Source: Podarcis tiliguerta
Taxonomy: Eukaryota
Assembly (NCBI GenBank): GCA_965153285.1
Contig: OZ229121.1
Direction: 5' to 3' (one strand)
DNA: 64,000 nt
This document shows, in pieces, positions 45,420 to 58,650 of this stretch (position 1 is its first letter; each line of letters opens with the position of its first letter). The notes beneath the pieces are model-generated. The model made no database searches, was not told the DNA's origin, and was given only the letters and a program-made list of their open reading frames with translations. Position numbers and translations under genes: made by a program.

Positions 45420-48400
45420 CTTAGGTACTGAGTCTGTGGCGTAAAACACATTTTTCAATTGTTCCATTGTGAATTTTAAATTGCCATTTACAAGATGGGG
45501 TTCCAAATCTGAGAGAAAATGATTTCCCAAGGCTGTGGAGTGAGTCTGTGCCAAAACATCGTAACATTAAACCTGTTTCTAACATTCCAGCATGATGAAG
45601 AACCAGAACATAGGATGCAGAAGCAGTCTGAACCTCAGTCGTTGGATTCAGTGGAGGGGTATGAGAGACAGGGTTTAGTTTCAGGCCCAGTGGTGTACAT
45701 GAATGCATCTCTTTACTTTCTTCTATAAAGATGAAAATGCCTTTCAGACCCAAGAATGGGAAGAAAAGTGCTACAGTTTTGGACACTAAGGTGGACTGGT
45801 CAAAATCTGTCCTCCATTATTGCAAAAAGGGGTGTCATAACCCTGTCTGACAATATACTTGCAATATACATCCTTCTGAACACATTGTACACATCAGGGA
45901 TTTTGCTTGCCATTAAATAAGTCCCACAAGTCCTCAATGAGAGGAGCTTGTGGCTGTCTGGGGAGGGAAAAGAGGGGCGGTAAGTGGAAAAATTGGGCAT
46001 GATGTATTTGGGACAAGAAGATACAGAAGGGGGCTCAAGAGTACATGTTCACCAGGAATAGGGGGCAGGGAAGTGTCTGAGTGTGTGTACAGTTTGGATG
46101 GGGTCAAGAAAATGGGACCAGAAAGAGGTAGAAATTGCTAAGTAAACATGAGACTGGAGGTTTTTGAAAATGTGCTGACTTCACCCCTTCCACAAAAATA
46201 CAAAACAAACCCAAGATGGCGTCCTTCTAGTTGACAAAGACTGGTGGTGGCAAAGTGGAGAGATGCAATCAGTTAAATATATTGGGGTTCTCTGAGAGGA
46301 AAATTTATGTGAGGAAACATCAAGCAAATGTTTCTTACACATTAATTTTTGCCAAAGAGGAAACATATTTATATTACATATTATAAAGCACAATATATTA
46401 AAACCTATTAAAGGAAGCAGGGCTGGTCCTATCATTTACTGTCTAAATTGAAAGAGATGATAGTATCACTTTAAACAATCCAATATTCTAGACGTATATA
46501 ATTTATTATATTGATAAACTTGGTCAGACTCCCACTAAGTTTTCTCTGAACCAGACTGAGGTCCAACGCTCCAGAGAGAGGGAAAATGTTAAAGCCATTG
46601 GTTAGCAGTCATTAAGTACTTTTAAATTTAAAATTAGCACCAGGTCTTAGGAAGCATATACTGAAACCCATTTTAGGAAGGCTCAGGTGCTGTTTTAAAT
46701 GATAATAATATAAAGTGAAGTGCCCCTACTCTGGGCATAGAGGACAACACAAACAAATCCTTTCGGGTGAGCATATATTCTGCTTGAATTGCAAATGACC
46801 CTGCTAAAAGAAATTATGTTGAAGTAGCATTTTAAGTTATTCTCCTGCATGCATGTATTTCAGCACTCTTAAGGGCATTCTCCTTACTTTTAGCAAACAA
46901 ACTTCGACTGCCTTCTGCGGAGGAAAGAAGATTTTTCCACAAGCTTTTGGTTAATTTATTATTAAATGTTTGTTTGAATTAAGTAGCCTGTCGGTGCCCT
47001 TATTTAGCCAGGGTATTATGACCTGGCTCTGCACCCACAACCATCAGTTTCTGACACTATCAGTTCCTTACGTTTTGACTCAGTTACTGGAAAGGATGCT
47101 GAAACTACAGAAGGCTTGCTGATTTTGAATTCTGAACAGTATCTGTTACCATCATCATTATCATCATCATTTCAATGCATTTACACAAAGAATAAGCACG
47201 GATAGAACAAAATACGCTCATGTAAGACGGACGCAAATCACCCAAAAGAAATTCTCAGAAGTATTATTTTGAGGATAACAGCAACTTTGATACATAAAAA
47301 GTCAAGACCACTTTCATCAAGTATTCATTTGCAAGATTCTCGTCCTTCCATAGTTTTGATGAAGCTTGTTTACCCATTTTGCCTGCACAGCAAAGTTTCA
47401 ACAAGTACCCCTCTGCTGTTAGTGCAGTTTGCAATCTCTGCTTGGAAACATCTTACACAGCTTTACTCAGGTGTCAGCTCAGCTGACTTCAATGGGGCTC
47501 CACAGCAAAGGATTGTCCCACTGCTATCACGCGGCATGTGTGCGAGTCTTGCCCATGGAAAGCAATGGATTAAAAAAATGCTCAACTTGCATTGGATCCT
47601 GCCCATAATTTTATCTTTTGCATACTTACATATTTTTCATATAACATATTTTAAACAAAATCAGAATAGAAAGAACACTTTAACAATAATATTGCTTTAT
47701 ATTATAGAGCAGTTTTTGCAAGTCCAAAGTGTTTCACACACTACATTTATCTGTGATTTCTTTATAACAGCTCTGTATTCCTGATAAGGTGCTGATTTCC
47801 TTCACAATCTTCTGTATGGCTTTAATCAGTACAGTAAAGAAGGCAATTTCATAATTCTAATCTCAGTTACTCTGATGACTATCTGAAACCTAGTTCACAA
47901 TCCAGTTAAATCACTCTACGTACTAATTTTAAAGGCCAAATCCGCTTAAGTATTGGTGATTTGGCTTAGCTAGGTTTTAGGCTGGGTTTCTTTGATCTGA
48001 ATTCCATTCAGACTAAATTTCTTTCAAGATGTACACGGACAGACAAAAAACCAGGCCTCATGCATTCAATACTGCCTTTAAAAAACAAGAACAACTCCTT
48101 GCTACAATTATGCACTATTGCAACATTGCCAAAACCTCTCTTCTCATTACTTCCAAATGCTTTCTACACCATGAAGTAGTAATGCACTACAATGAGGAGG
48201 AAATCCTAAAAGCACTTTCAGCCACTTTAGAAACTTCTTTAAAAGACGGCACTTGTTAGCTACAAGTTTATCCCAAACTCCCTTAAAAGAATACAGTATC
48301 ATTTCAACAGCCCACAATAATTGTCAGCATCCTGTAGAAATCTAGACTTATTAGAAGGGACTGTCTGTAGAACAATAGGAAATCGAAAGGAAAAGGTATC

Positions 48401-49678
48401 GTACATTTAAAAGTTTTCAAAAACCATCTCAGTCCAGTCACCTAGGAAGAGAAATATATCTAAACAAAATTTACAGCAATGAGTATCCATTATATTTGTG
48501 CTGCTGATCTTTTTGCTTAGTCTTCACCCGACAGGTTCTCCGGCTGACTTGCCCGGCTGTGCCCCCATTGTGACAAGTCCCAGTTACAAAAAAAGGGAAA
48601 ACAATGCATTTGCAGGGCCTCTTGCACTCAGCCTCCTTGAGCTGCAGAAAACACGGTTTGAAGCTCTGAGACTCACACCCAGCAGTGTCCAATTTAAATG
48701 GGGAGGGGGGTCTCATTGATTGCAGGGAATACTCCCGTCCCCCTCTCTCTTTCTGGGTTTATTATTGTTATTATTATTAATCGATTCCCTTGGCGACCTT
48801 CTGCAGCATCAAAGCCCGGAGCGAACCCAATCTGACCTCAACTTTATGTGCATTGTGATATTGAGAGACTGAAACTACTTACAGCCCATGCCATTGTGTC
48901 CTAAGAAATGTAATAAAAGTATTCTAGAACTGCTCCTGCAGAGAACACTTCATGCAGTTGGCATTTCCTTTCTCTCTCCCTCCCCAACAGTCTTAAAATT
49001 CTTTTCTTTGCTGGGCACAGAATGCCTCTCTCTCTCTCTCTCGGACAGCTCAAATGAGCAACTTCAGACTTTGACTAATACTCACATAACTCTCAGTAAA
49101 CAACATCCTTCACACAGATCTATAACTAATAATAATGCCCTTTATTAAGCTCTCCTGTGAAACAATATGTCTAATAAAAGCTGCTCTCTATGCTGTTTTA
49201 ATTATAATAAATCACCTTCATTATGATGCATACTTCAATACAACATGCCTAATGTTTAGCTACCTAGGATACAACTGTAATGAGAACAGAGAACAGACAC
49301 ATCACAAACAAAGATATTTATACATACACACACAAACACACACTGGATGCAGAGGAAAATTCAGTCATACCCTCCTGCTTTGCAACCTGAATTTCAACAA
49401 CTTTTATCTTACCTTGCTGTTCATAACATCACTGCTGAGAAGTGGGAAGAGGAAAGGGGGGGGGAGCCTTGAAAAATGCTGTATACACAAATAATAGCAC
49501 CCTGAACGCCATTCACTAGCATAGAAAAATAAGTCCTTGCAGTGCAATCATTTCTCTATAAATGTATAAAAGTATTTTACCACCCTGTGCAACAAATCAG
49601 CAAAGAGACTATAGGCTGTTGTGCCCTGGTACCTGGGGATTTCATGTCAAAGTCAACTTCCTTGGCAATCCCAGGGGA

Positions 49679-49874
49679 NNNNNNNNNNNNNNNNNNNNNN
49701 NNNNNNNNNNNNNNNNNNNNNNNNNNNNNNNNNNNNNNNNNNNNNNNNNNNNNNNNNNNNNNNNNNNNNNNNNNNNNNNNNNNNNNNNNNNNNNNNNNNN
49801 NNNNNNNNNNNNNNNNNNNNNNNNNNNNNNNNNNNNNNNNNNNNNNNNNNNNNNNNNNNNNNNNNNNNNNNNNN
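49679..49874. other. Assembly gap
   Basis: Run of N. Confidence 1.
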
Positions 49875-50389
49875 GCTACTTTTGACTCCTGATATATTTT
49901 TGTAATCTCCGATCATTCTGCAATGCACATACATTTATATTTCCTAAGCAATGTTCCACGTTGAGGTTGATTTATGAGGATATGCCTTTATAATGCCAGG
50001 CTGTGAGTAGAAAGGAGAAAATTATTAGCTGCTTCTAACCTGATAGATGCGATACAAGGAAATGTCATTACAGCCATGCACACATATATGATTTCTACTA
50101 TATCACTCCTTTTCTACATTTACGCTATAGAAATGGCACGTATGGATGTATCCGGCAGTTTGGATCTGTCTAGAAACCATGTTGACCATACTTTGCATGC
50201 TCATGTCTGTAAAAGAGCAAGTTAGTAAGTGAGATGGGATCTGTAAGTATCCTAAACATTTGATCACAGCAAGGCATAATTTGGTCCATGCCTCTCGTGC
50301 ATGTGAATGACGGTAAATCCATCCCGTCACATTTTCTTATTTAAAAAGATATATTTTAGTTTAAAAACAGTAGCCAGTACATCAGTACA

Positions 50390-50911
50390 CCCTCGTACCT
50401 ATGGGACCGCCTCTCCTGGTATGCCCCACAGAGGAACTTACGGTCTTCAAATAAAAACATCCTGAAGGTCCCAGGCCACAGAGAGGTTAGGCTGGCCTCA
50501 ACTAGAGCCAGGACTTTCTCGGCCGCGGCTCCAATCTGGTGGAACGCTCTGTTACAAGAGACTAGGGCCCTGCGGGACTTGACATCTTTCCGCAGGGCCT
50601 GCAAGATGGAGCTGTTCTGCCAGGCCTTTGGTCGGGGTTCAGTCTGACTCCCTCTCCCCTTTCATAAAAACTTGCATGAAAGTGGCCTCCCAATTTTTCT
50701 CACAGGCCCATATAAATTCAGCACAAACCGTTGGGCCTGGTGAGCATTTAAGGTCCCCAACCCTAATCTGCGGGTTGCCATCTGATTGGATTTTATTCTG
50801 ATCCTGATCTGATTTGAGGATGTATTTTAATTGATTGTCTGATTTTATGTTAATGTGTTATACATTTGATGTTAGCCGCTCTGAGCCCAGCTTCGGCTGG
50901 GGAGGGTGGGA

Positions 50912-50965
<54 letters not shown>
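50390..50965 (+). mobile_element. L2-clade LINE 3' end with (ATT)n tail
   Basis: Plus-strand YLWDRLSWYAPQRNLRSSNKNILKVP...TRARTFSAAAPIWWNAL is an L2 ORF2 C-terminus. It is followed by a 3' UTR ending GCCGCTCTGAGCC...GGGAT(ATT)n at ~50913-50963. Confidence 0.85.
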
Positions 50966-50966
<1 letters not shown>

Positions 50967-51009
50967 AATAAAACAACATATATGCTACATAAATGTACAT
51001 AAGAGAATA

Positions 51010-51251
51010 CAGTGGTACCGTGGGTCACAGATGCTTCAGGTTACAGACACTTCAGGTTACAGACTCTGCTAGCCCAGAAATAGTACTTCGGGTTAAGAAC
51101 TTTGCCTCAGGATGAGAACAGAAATTGTGTGGCAGCGGCGCGGTGGCAGAGGGAGGCCCCATTAGCTAAAGTGGTACCTCAGGTTAAAAACAGTTTCAGG
51201 TTGAGAACGAAACTCCAGAATGAATTAAGTTCTTAACCCGAGGTACCACTG
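51010..51251 (+). mobile_element. Tc1/mariner (Tigger-like) MITE
   Basis: CAGTGGTACC.../...GGTACCACTG TIRs with TA TSD; same family as 25839. Confidence 0.9.
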
Positions 51252-52629
51252 TACTCAGAACTCCCCTCAAACAAAAAAATGAGTGAAGGAATCCCCCTGC
51301 ATCCAGAACACACACCTTGTACATAAGGCACACACCTTACCATTAAGACACGCATATCACTAAACAGTAAATATAAAAGAAGGGAAGGTATGCACATGCT
51401 GTAGGACACAATAAGAAATGACTACCCCACCTTTGATATCACACCTTGTCAACAGGATAGATGAGCGAGAGGTGGCCTGGGTTCCCTTGGACTGGAATTA
51501 ATTTAAGACAGAGAAAGGACACCTTTGACTTCGCCTGCTGCTAGTTTTTACCCAGCTGGGTAAATTTTTCAGATATATCTTCTTGCCTATTTCAGCAGAT
51601 GGAAATGCTGAAAAGTTATGCCTTTAAACATGATTGATTTCTTTTGTAATATACATACCCACATATTTAAAACTTCTTAATTTAGGAGTGGCCAGTCTTA
51701 GTTGTTGAAGGTATGGTCAGTGATTTGTGAATCCGATCAAATAGAAGCACTTCCACAGCCAGTGCAAAAATGAGAGGGGAAAGAAGATATCCCTGTCTCA
51801 TTCCACAATTGATCTGGATAGTCTCGGATCACTATTGTTGACTATGCTGCCAGAGCCACTATAGACCTGTTTAAGAGCATTGCTAAAATGAGGGCCAAGA
51901 TTAAATTTCTCGCAAAGGCACATTAGAAAAGGGCCACTCAATGCGGTCAAATGCTTGAACACGTTTAAAGACAAAAGGGTCAGAATAATGTATCAAATTT
52001 AACACCCCAAAAACCAATTCAGTTGTCTTCCAGGCATAAGGCCAGTTTGATCCTCAGCAATAAATTTGGTCAAAAAGCAATTTAATTATGTGGGCAAAAC
52101 AGACAGAGTTTGGTCTCTTGGTTCAACAAGGTTGGTATGATCACAGGGACATTGGATCCCTGCTCAACTTTGGAAGCACTACACATCAGGAATGATGCTC
52201 TATTTCTGAAATCCCACCTTTGCCCAGAATGTCATAGCAGAGCTGCTGCACATATGGGAGCAGAACTGTCTGAAAGGCTTTGTAAAACTCACCTCTGAAC
52301 CCCAATACACCTGGGACTTCCCCATTGTTTAGTTCGTTCGTTTTAATTGCTGAGGTAACTTCCTCAGCAGATCTTGATGTTCCAGGCTACACTGGGGAAG
52401 ATCAACTTTATCTTTTTTTTTTTTTTTTAAATAATTTTTATTCACTTTCCAATAAACATTTTTTCCAGATTTAACATTTGTTTTGACATAAACATCTTTT
52501 TTGACTTCCATCAGCCTATCTGAGAATTCTCCATACTCTCACTACGTCTCACATTTCTTGCATTTATATTGCACATTATATCTCTTAATCTTAACCTTTC
52601 TTTTTAAACAACATTTCTATCAGTCTTTT

Positions 52630-55600
52630 TCACAAAGCCTCCTGAAAGCCAACAAGCGTTAGTTGCTCCTCACATTCAGTTTTGATATATTCTGTAAATT
52701 TACTCCAGTCCTCGGAAAATCTCTGATCACGTTGGTTCCTTATTTTTCCAGTCAATTTGTCCATCTCTGCATACTCCATCAATTTCATTCTCCATTCTTC
52801 CTTGGTCGGCATTTCTTCCTGCTTCCATTTCTGGGCCATCAAAATTCTTGCTGCTGTCACTGCGTATCTAAACAGTTTCACATCTTTCTTACTAATTTCA
52901 TTCCCTACTATCCCAAGTAGAAATGCTTCTGGTTTCTTGATAAATGTATATTTCAACATTTTCTTCATCTCATTATAAATCATTTCCCAAAAGCATTTCA
53001 CTTTTTTACATTCCCACCACATGTGGTAAAATGTTCCCTCTTTTTCTTTGCATTTCCAACATTTATTACAGATTTTATACATCTTACCAAGTTTCACTGG
53101 TGTTACGTACCATCTATACATCATTTTCATTACGTTTTCTTTTATTGTAGTACATGCAGTGAATTTCATTCCCTCCTCCCACAATTTTTCCCATTGATCA
53201 AATTGAATATTATATCCGAAATCTTTGGCCCACTGGATCATAACCGATTTCACTTCCTCATCTTTCGTATGCCACTCAAGCAATAATTTATACATTTTTG
53301 ACAGAACTTTAACATCAGTATTCAAAATTTCCTGCTGAAACCTCGATTGCTTTTCTTGGAAACCTCTTTCCCACACTGTCTTTTTAAACATCGCATTTAT
53401 CTGGTGGTAATGCAGCCAATCATATACATTTTCCTTAACTTCTTCATATGGTTTTAGTTTCCATTTATTACCTTCTTTCACCATCAAATTCTCATATGTA
53501 ATCCAATTCCCTGACATATTGACCTTTCTTACACTCATAATTTCCAATGGTGATAACCAGTATGGTGTTTTGAATTCTAAAAGGTTTTTATACCTATTCC
53601 AAACCTCATTCAGCGGTCCTCTAAAGATGTGGTTTTCAAAACCTCTATGCACTCTATTCTTTTCACACCATAAATATGCGTGCCACCCGAATCTATTGTC
53701 ATACCCTTCTAGATCCAACAATTGTGTGTTTTCTAATTTTATCCATTCCTTTATCCAGCAAAGACACGAAGCTTCATAGTACAGCTTTAAGTCTGGCAGG
53801 GCAAAGCCTCCTCTTTCTTTCACATCTGTCAGTATCTTAAATTTTATTCTTGGCCGCTTGCCCTGCCATATATATCTTGATATTGTTCTTTGCCATTCCT
53901 TAAATATTGTCACACCCCTGATTATTGGAATTGTCTGAAACAAAAACAACAGTTTCGGTAGCACGCTCATCTTTATCGTTGCAATTCTTCCCCAGAATGA
54001 TAATTTCATTCTTCCCCACACCTCCAGGTCCCTTTTGATTTTATTCCATTCTGGTACGTAATTATTCTGATACAGGTCAATATTCCTGGGTGTTAACATA
54101 ATCCCTAGATATTTTACTTTTTTAACCACATTCATCTCAGTTTGTTGCTGTATTCTTTCAGTTATTTCTTGGTCGATGTTTTTAGCCATTATTTTGGTCT
54201 TTTTCCTATTTAATTTGAAACCAGACACCTTACCAAACTGTTCTATCTCTTCCAACACCTCTTTTATACTTTGCTCAGGATCCTCAATAGTTAAAACCAA
54301 ATCATCAGCAAAGGCTTTTACCTTGTATTCATTACATCCTATTGTTACACCTTTTACATTTCCATTGTCTCTTATTGATCTCAAAAACACTTCCAGGACC
54401 GAGATGAACAATAACGGAGACAAAGGACACCCTTGTCTTGTACCCTTAGTTATGGCAATATTTTCAGTGATAACATTATTCACAATCAGCTTCGCTCTTT
54501 GATCTGAATATATTGCCTTTATACCATTCAGAAAAGCTTGACCTGTATCCATATATTCTAAATTCTTTAGCATAAATTCCCAAGAAATATTATCAAAGGC
54601 CTTCTCTGCATCCACAAATATTAACATTGCTTGTTTGTCCTTCCCGCTTGACAGATATTCTATTACATTAATTACATTCCTTATGTTATCTTTCATCTGT
54701 CTTCCGGGAAGGAAACCTGTTTGATCATTGTGGATCATTTCCTTTAATATCTTTTTCATTCTGCTTGCTAGTACACTAGCAAACATTTTATAATCATTAT
54801 TCAATAGTGAGATTGGCCTATAATTCTTTACTTGTGTCAAATCTGAATCTTGCTTGGGAATAAATGTTATATATGCTTCTTTCCAGGTCTCCGGTATTTC
54901 TCCTTTTTCCAATATGTTATTCATTACTTCTCTTAATGGTACAAGCAGGGTGTATTTCAATTCTTTATAATATCTTGCACTAAATCCATCTGGTCCCGGT
55001 GACTTCCCACTTTTCAAATCCTTTATTGCCATTTGAATCTCCTCTAATTCTATTGGTTTGTTCAATTTGTTTTTATTACTCTCCGATATTTTTTGCACCT
55101 TTTTCTTCTCTAGATATTCCTCTATTAATTTCATATTAATTTTCTCCTTTCTTTTATACAGTTCACGGTAGAAGTCCACAAAACCTTTCCTTATACCTTT
55201 CTGACTCACAATTTCCAGATCCTCTATCTTTATTTTGTTAATCATATTTTGCTCTTTCCTTTTCTTAATTTGCCACGCCAGCCATTTCCCTGATTTATTT
55301 GCAAATTCAAAGTTCTTTTGTTTCATTCTTCTTATATTCCATTCTACTTCTTTATTGATTATCATTGCGAATTGCGTCTGGAGTATTTTTATACTTTGTT
55401 TTACTTTTTCATCTTTTGGTCTTATAGTCAATTTTTTCTCATTTTCCATTATTTGTCTGAGAATCTCTTTCTTTCCTTTTTCTCTCATTTTATTCTTAAT
55501 CGCATTTTGTTGAATGAAGAATCCTCTCATGACCGCTTTACTTGCATCCCAAACCGTTCTCATTTCTGTCCCCTTATTGACATTGTTTACAAAATAGTCT

Positions 55601-56394
55601 TTTAGACATTTCTGAGCATTATCTGCTATTTTCTGGTCATCAAAAAGACTCTCATTCAGCCTCCACCTATAAGATCTTTCTTCAAATCCTTTCAAAATGG
55701 CTTTTACCGCGTTGTGATCTGATAATACCTTTGGTTGGATCTCAATTTTTTGCATTCTTGTAGTTAATTCATTGGACACCCAAATCTGATCAATTCTTGA
55801 CATTGATTGATTTACCTCCGAGTAGAAGGTAAATTGTTTTTCCAGTGGGTGTCTCAATCTCCATATATCCACCAAATTACAATTTTCTACCATATCGAAA
55901 AAGGTTTTTGGTAATTTCCCTTCCTTTTTTCTCTCTTTATCTCGTAGTCTGTCCATTTCTATTGAAACCACTCCATTCATATCACCCATGATTATCATTT
56001 TTTGATCCAAATATTCAAATAATTTTTCCTCCAAACTTTTGAAAAATTCTGCTTTACTTCCATTCGGTGCATACACTCCGATTACTACCAACTTCTCGCC
56101 CTGCCAATTGACTTGTACTGCAATATATCTTCCTTCCTCATCTTTAAAAAGTTGTTGTGCCTCTAATTTACTTTTTATATACAAAACCACCCCTCTCTTT
56201 TTGCTTTTATCTGATGAAATATATTCGTTCCCCAACTTTTTGTTGACCAAAATTTTTCTATGTGATTTTTTAACATGCGTCTCTTGTAAACAAATAATGT
56301 CCAAATTTTTTTGTTTTAAATATTGTCCCAATTTATTTCTCTTTTTTTTATCGTTCATTCCCTTCACATTCCAAGTCCAAAGTTTCAGTGCCAT
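52630..56394 (-). CDS. L1 ORF2p: APE endonuclease, reverse transcriptase and C-terminal CCHC domain (~1254 aa from ATG 56394)
   Basis: Uninterrupted ORF. EN motifs WNVKG, LQETH, GDMN, SRID, SDH; RT motifs PGPDG, YRPISLLN, DAEKAFD, GTRQGCPLSP, FADD, KYLG; C-terminal CWKC...HMWWEC. Confidence 0.96.
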   Translation of the reverse strand: MALKLWTWNVKGMNDKKKRNKLGQYLKQKNLDIICLQETHVKKSHRKILVNKKLGNEYISSDKSKKRGVVLYIKSKLEAQQLFKDEEGRYIAVQVNWQGEKLVVIGVYAPNGSKAEFFKSLEEKLFEYLDQKMIIMGDMNGVVSIEMDRLRDKERKKEGKLPKTFFDMVENCNLVDIWRLRHPLEKQFTFYSEVNQSMSRIDQIWVSNELTTRMQKIEIQPKVLSDHNAVKAILKGFEERSYRWRLNESLFDDQKIADNAQKCLKDYFVNNVNKGTEMRTVWDASKAVMRGFFIQQNAIKNKMREKGKKEILRQIMENEKKLTIRPKDEKVKQSIKILQTQFAMIINKEVEWNIRRMKQKNFEFANKSGKWLAWQIKKRKEQNMINKIKIEDLEIVSQKGIRKGFVDFYRELYKRKEKINMKLIEEYLEKKKVQKISESNKNKLNKPIELEEIQMAIKDLKSGKSPGPDGFSARYYKELKYTLLVPLREVMNNILEKGEIPETWKEAYITFIPKQDSDLTQVKNYRPISLLNNDYKMFASVLASRMKKILKEMIHNDQTGFLPGRQMKDNIRNVINVIEYLSSGKDKQAMLIFVDAEKAFDNISWEFMLKNLEYMDTGQAFLNGIKAIYSDQRAKLIVNNVITENIAITKGTRQGCPLSPLLFISVLEVFLRSIRDNGNVKGVTIGCNEYKVKAFADDLVLTIEDPEQSIKEVLEEIEQFGKVSGFKLNRKKTKIMAKNIDQEITERIQQQTEMNVVKKVKYLGIMLTPRNIDLYQNNYVPEWNKIKRDLEVWGRMKLSFWGRIATIKMSVLPKLLFLFQTIPIIRGVTIFKEWQRTISRYIWQGKRPRIKFKILTDVKERGGFALPDLKLYYEASCLCWIKEWIKLENTQLLDLEGYDNRFGWHAYLWCEKNRVHRGFENHIFRGPLNEVWNRYKNLLEFKTPYWLSPLEIMSVRKVNMSGNWITYENLMVKEGNKWKLKPYEEVKENVYDWLHYHQINAMFKKTVWERGFQEKQSRFQQEILNTDVKVLSKMYKLLLEWHTKDEEVKSVMIQWAKDFGYNIQFDQWEKLWEEGMKFTACTTIKENVMKMMYRWYVTPVKLGKMYKICNKCWKCKEKEGTFYHMWWECKKVKCFWEMIYNEMKKMLKYTFIKKPEAFLLGIVGNEISKKDVKLFRYAVTAARILMAQKWKQEEMPTKEEWRMKLMEYAEMDKLTGKIRNQRDQRFSEDWSKFTEYIKTECEEQLTLVGFQEAL

Positions 56395-56421
56395 GTTGTC
56401 TGCCAATTAAATATTTTTACT

Positions 56422-56938
56422 TTATTTCTCTTCCTCTTCTTCGTCTTTATCAATATCCTCTTCGTCTTCTCTTTTTTCTCCTCTTCCCCTCCTCCTGTCT
56501 CTTTTACTTCTTTCTTCATCCTCCTCCAGCTCTGCTGAGTCCCCTTCATCACCTCCTGTCCCCGGTTCCTCTGTCTCTTCTTCTTCCCTGGTCAGCTCTT
56601 TGTATCTTCTATAAAATTTTTCTACTTCTTCCTTTTTTATCAGCCTGTGCCTCTTCCCTTTATATGCAAATGACACGCCTTCGGGAAATTCCCATTTGAA
56701 TTCAATCCCATTCTTCTTCAATGTTTGAACCAATTGTCTATATTGATCCCTTTTTTTCAAAAGCCTCATCGGCACATCTTTAAAGAAAATTATGTAATTC
56801 CCGTCGATGTTCAAACGTTTTTCTCTGTTTTTTTGCAAAATCAGATTTCTCATTTCTCTATCTTTAAAAATAATCAGGCAATCCCCTGGGAGTTTTTTCG
56901 CTCTGACTGTTCTTGTTTTAATCCTGAAGGCATTCTGT
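56422..56938 (-). CDS. L1 ORF1p C-terminal fragment (5'-truncated) with acidic/charged tail
   Basis: IIFFKDVPMRLLKKR...LKKNGIEFKWEFPEGVSF resembles vertebrate L1 ORF1 RRM/CTD. It stops 27 nt upstream of the ORF2 ATG and is bounded by the TSD at 56939. Confidence 0.85.
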
Positions 56939-58298
56939 ATCAACTTTATCAAGGCAAGTATTGATAATGGCAGGGTCAGGAAGATCAGAGGAATACAGTA
57001 CAGAACAACATCAAGTATGCAAAAGCACGACATATATCCATTTTTATACCAAACATCCGCTTTGGAAACCCACATAACTTTAATTTGGGCAACTTTTTTC
57101 TTGAAAGTTCTGGCCCGTAACCTAGGACTCATTTCTGAATACAGAATACATTCTATTTAGATATGCCATAGAGTTTTGGATGTTATGGGTATCTGCCACT
57201 GCGATCTACTTTCTTTTGCCCACAATTCTATGGTATACCCTAACACTACCAGTGCATTTGTGCTCCAAGCAGCAGTATCTATTGTGTCCAATTAGCTTCC
57301 CTCCCTTTTTAAAGTAGAAGTGGCCTTGATGCAGCCCACCTAAGCACAGCTTTAATTGAGTCCCAAAGCAATTCAGCTGAGATTTCTGGGAGGTCACTGA
57401 ACTGAAAGAATTCCACCATGTCTTTTCCCAATTGTTACTTCACTAGGGGGAGTCACAAAGAAGTAGTGGTTTAAGGCATCAAGCACAAAATCTAGCACTG
57501 TGGTTATCAAGTGAGTGTAGGACGCAGACTAATGCATGATCCAAAACATTGACATTGCCATTACCTGCAGACAATACTTCATTAATCAGGGCCAAATTAA
57601 GCAGAATCTGATCTATACATGAGTAGAGCTTGTCTTGTTGAGAAAACAGAACAATCTCATTGCATCAGATACAGACTTCTCCATATATCACCTGGTTGTT
57701 AACAACATTTCTGCATTTTTTACAATTGCCATTTACAGTACTTGTTTGCTCACAAGCTCATTGGTGGTTTGAAGGGTGCCTTTTAATTTTTGTTTATATA
57801 TTACAAACAACTAGGAAGTATAAATAGGTTGCAAATCCTTGTGGAAATATTCCAGGAAGTGGCCATACATGATTGTATGTGGGGAAATTTGGCTGAAATA
57901 TCAAAACCCCACCCCCTGTACAAAACTCCTGGCAGCTTGTGGCACAGCAGGCACCACACTTTCAAATTGCACCAATCCCCCTCTCCCAAAGGAGTTATCA
58001 TTTTGTCAACTGTAAGCAGTCTGACCATGCAGTAGAAAGATTACTAGAACTGTGGATTAATGAGGTCAATGGAGTGTGAATCAGTGTGAGTCATCCAACA
58101 GGGTGGCCAAGGTATATCCAGGTCCAAACTCAGACCGGAATGAATTCAACAAGCTGTGTAAACATATTGCTCTAAAGATGCTGCTTCCACCACTGGCCTA
58201 GTAAGTGGAGTTTAAGGGAGAAAAAGTTTGGCAGTTTGGGATGGGTGGGAAAGAAAACAGGAAAGGGGGCTGGGGATAGCAGCCTGTGGGCCAGCCTA

Positions 58299-58650
58299 AA
58301 GGGTAAAGGGACCCCTGACCATTAAGTCCAGTCGTGGCCGACTCTGGGGTTGCGGCGCTCATCTCACTTTATTGGCCGAGGGAGCCGACGTTTGTCTGCA
58401 GATAGTTTATCTGGGTCATGTGGCCAGCAGGACTAAGCCGCTTCTGGCGAACCAGAGCAGCGCACGGAAACGCCGTTTACCTTCCCGCCGGAGTGGTACC
58501 TATTGATCTACTTGCACTTTGACATGCTTTCGAACTGCTAGGTTGGCAGGAGCAGGGACCGTACAACGGGAGCTCACCCCGTCACAGGGATTTGAACCGT
58601 GACCTTCTGATCAGCAAGTCCTAGGCTCTATGGTTTAACCCACAGCGCCA
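58299..58650 (-). mobile_element. Sauria SINE, near full length
   Basis: Family head and tail present. TSD GGCCAGCCTA/GGCTAGCCTA (58289-58298/58651-58660). Confidence 0.9.

Larger units (their letters stand above)
52413..56938 (-). mobile_element. L1-clade LINE, 5'-truncated within ORF1, young insertion
   Basis: Poly(A) tail (T16 at 52413-52428) and AATAAA (52437-52442, minus strand). Perfect 12-bp TSD ATCAACTTTATC at 52401-52412 and 56939-56950. Contains the ORF1 C-terminal part plus a full ORF2. Confidence 0.96.

Noticed and set aside
52663-57160. Many + strand hydrophobic ORFs
   Set aside because: They are antisense shadows of the A-rich L1 coding strand.
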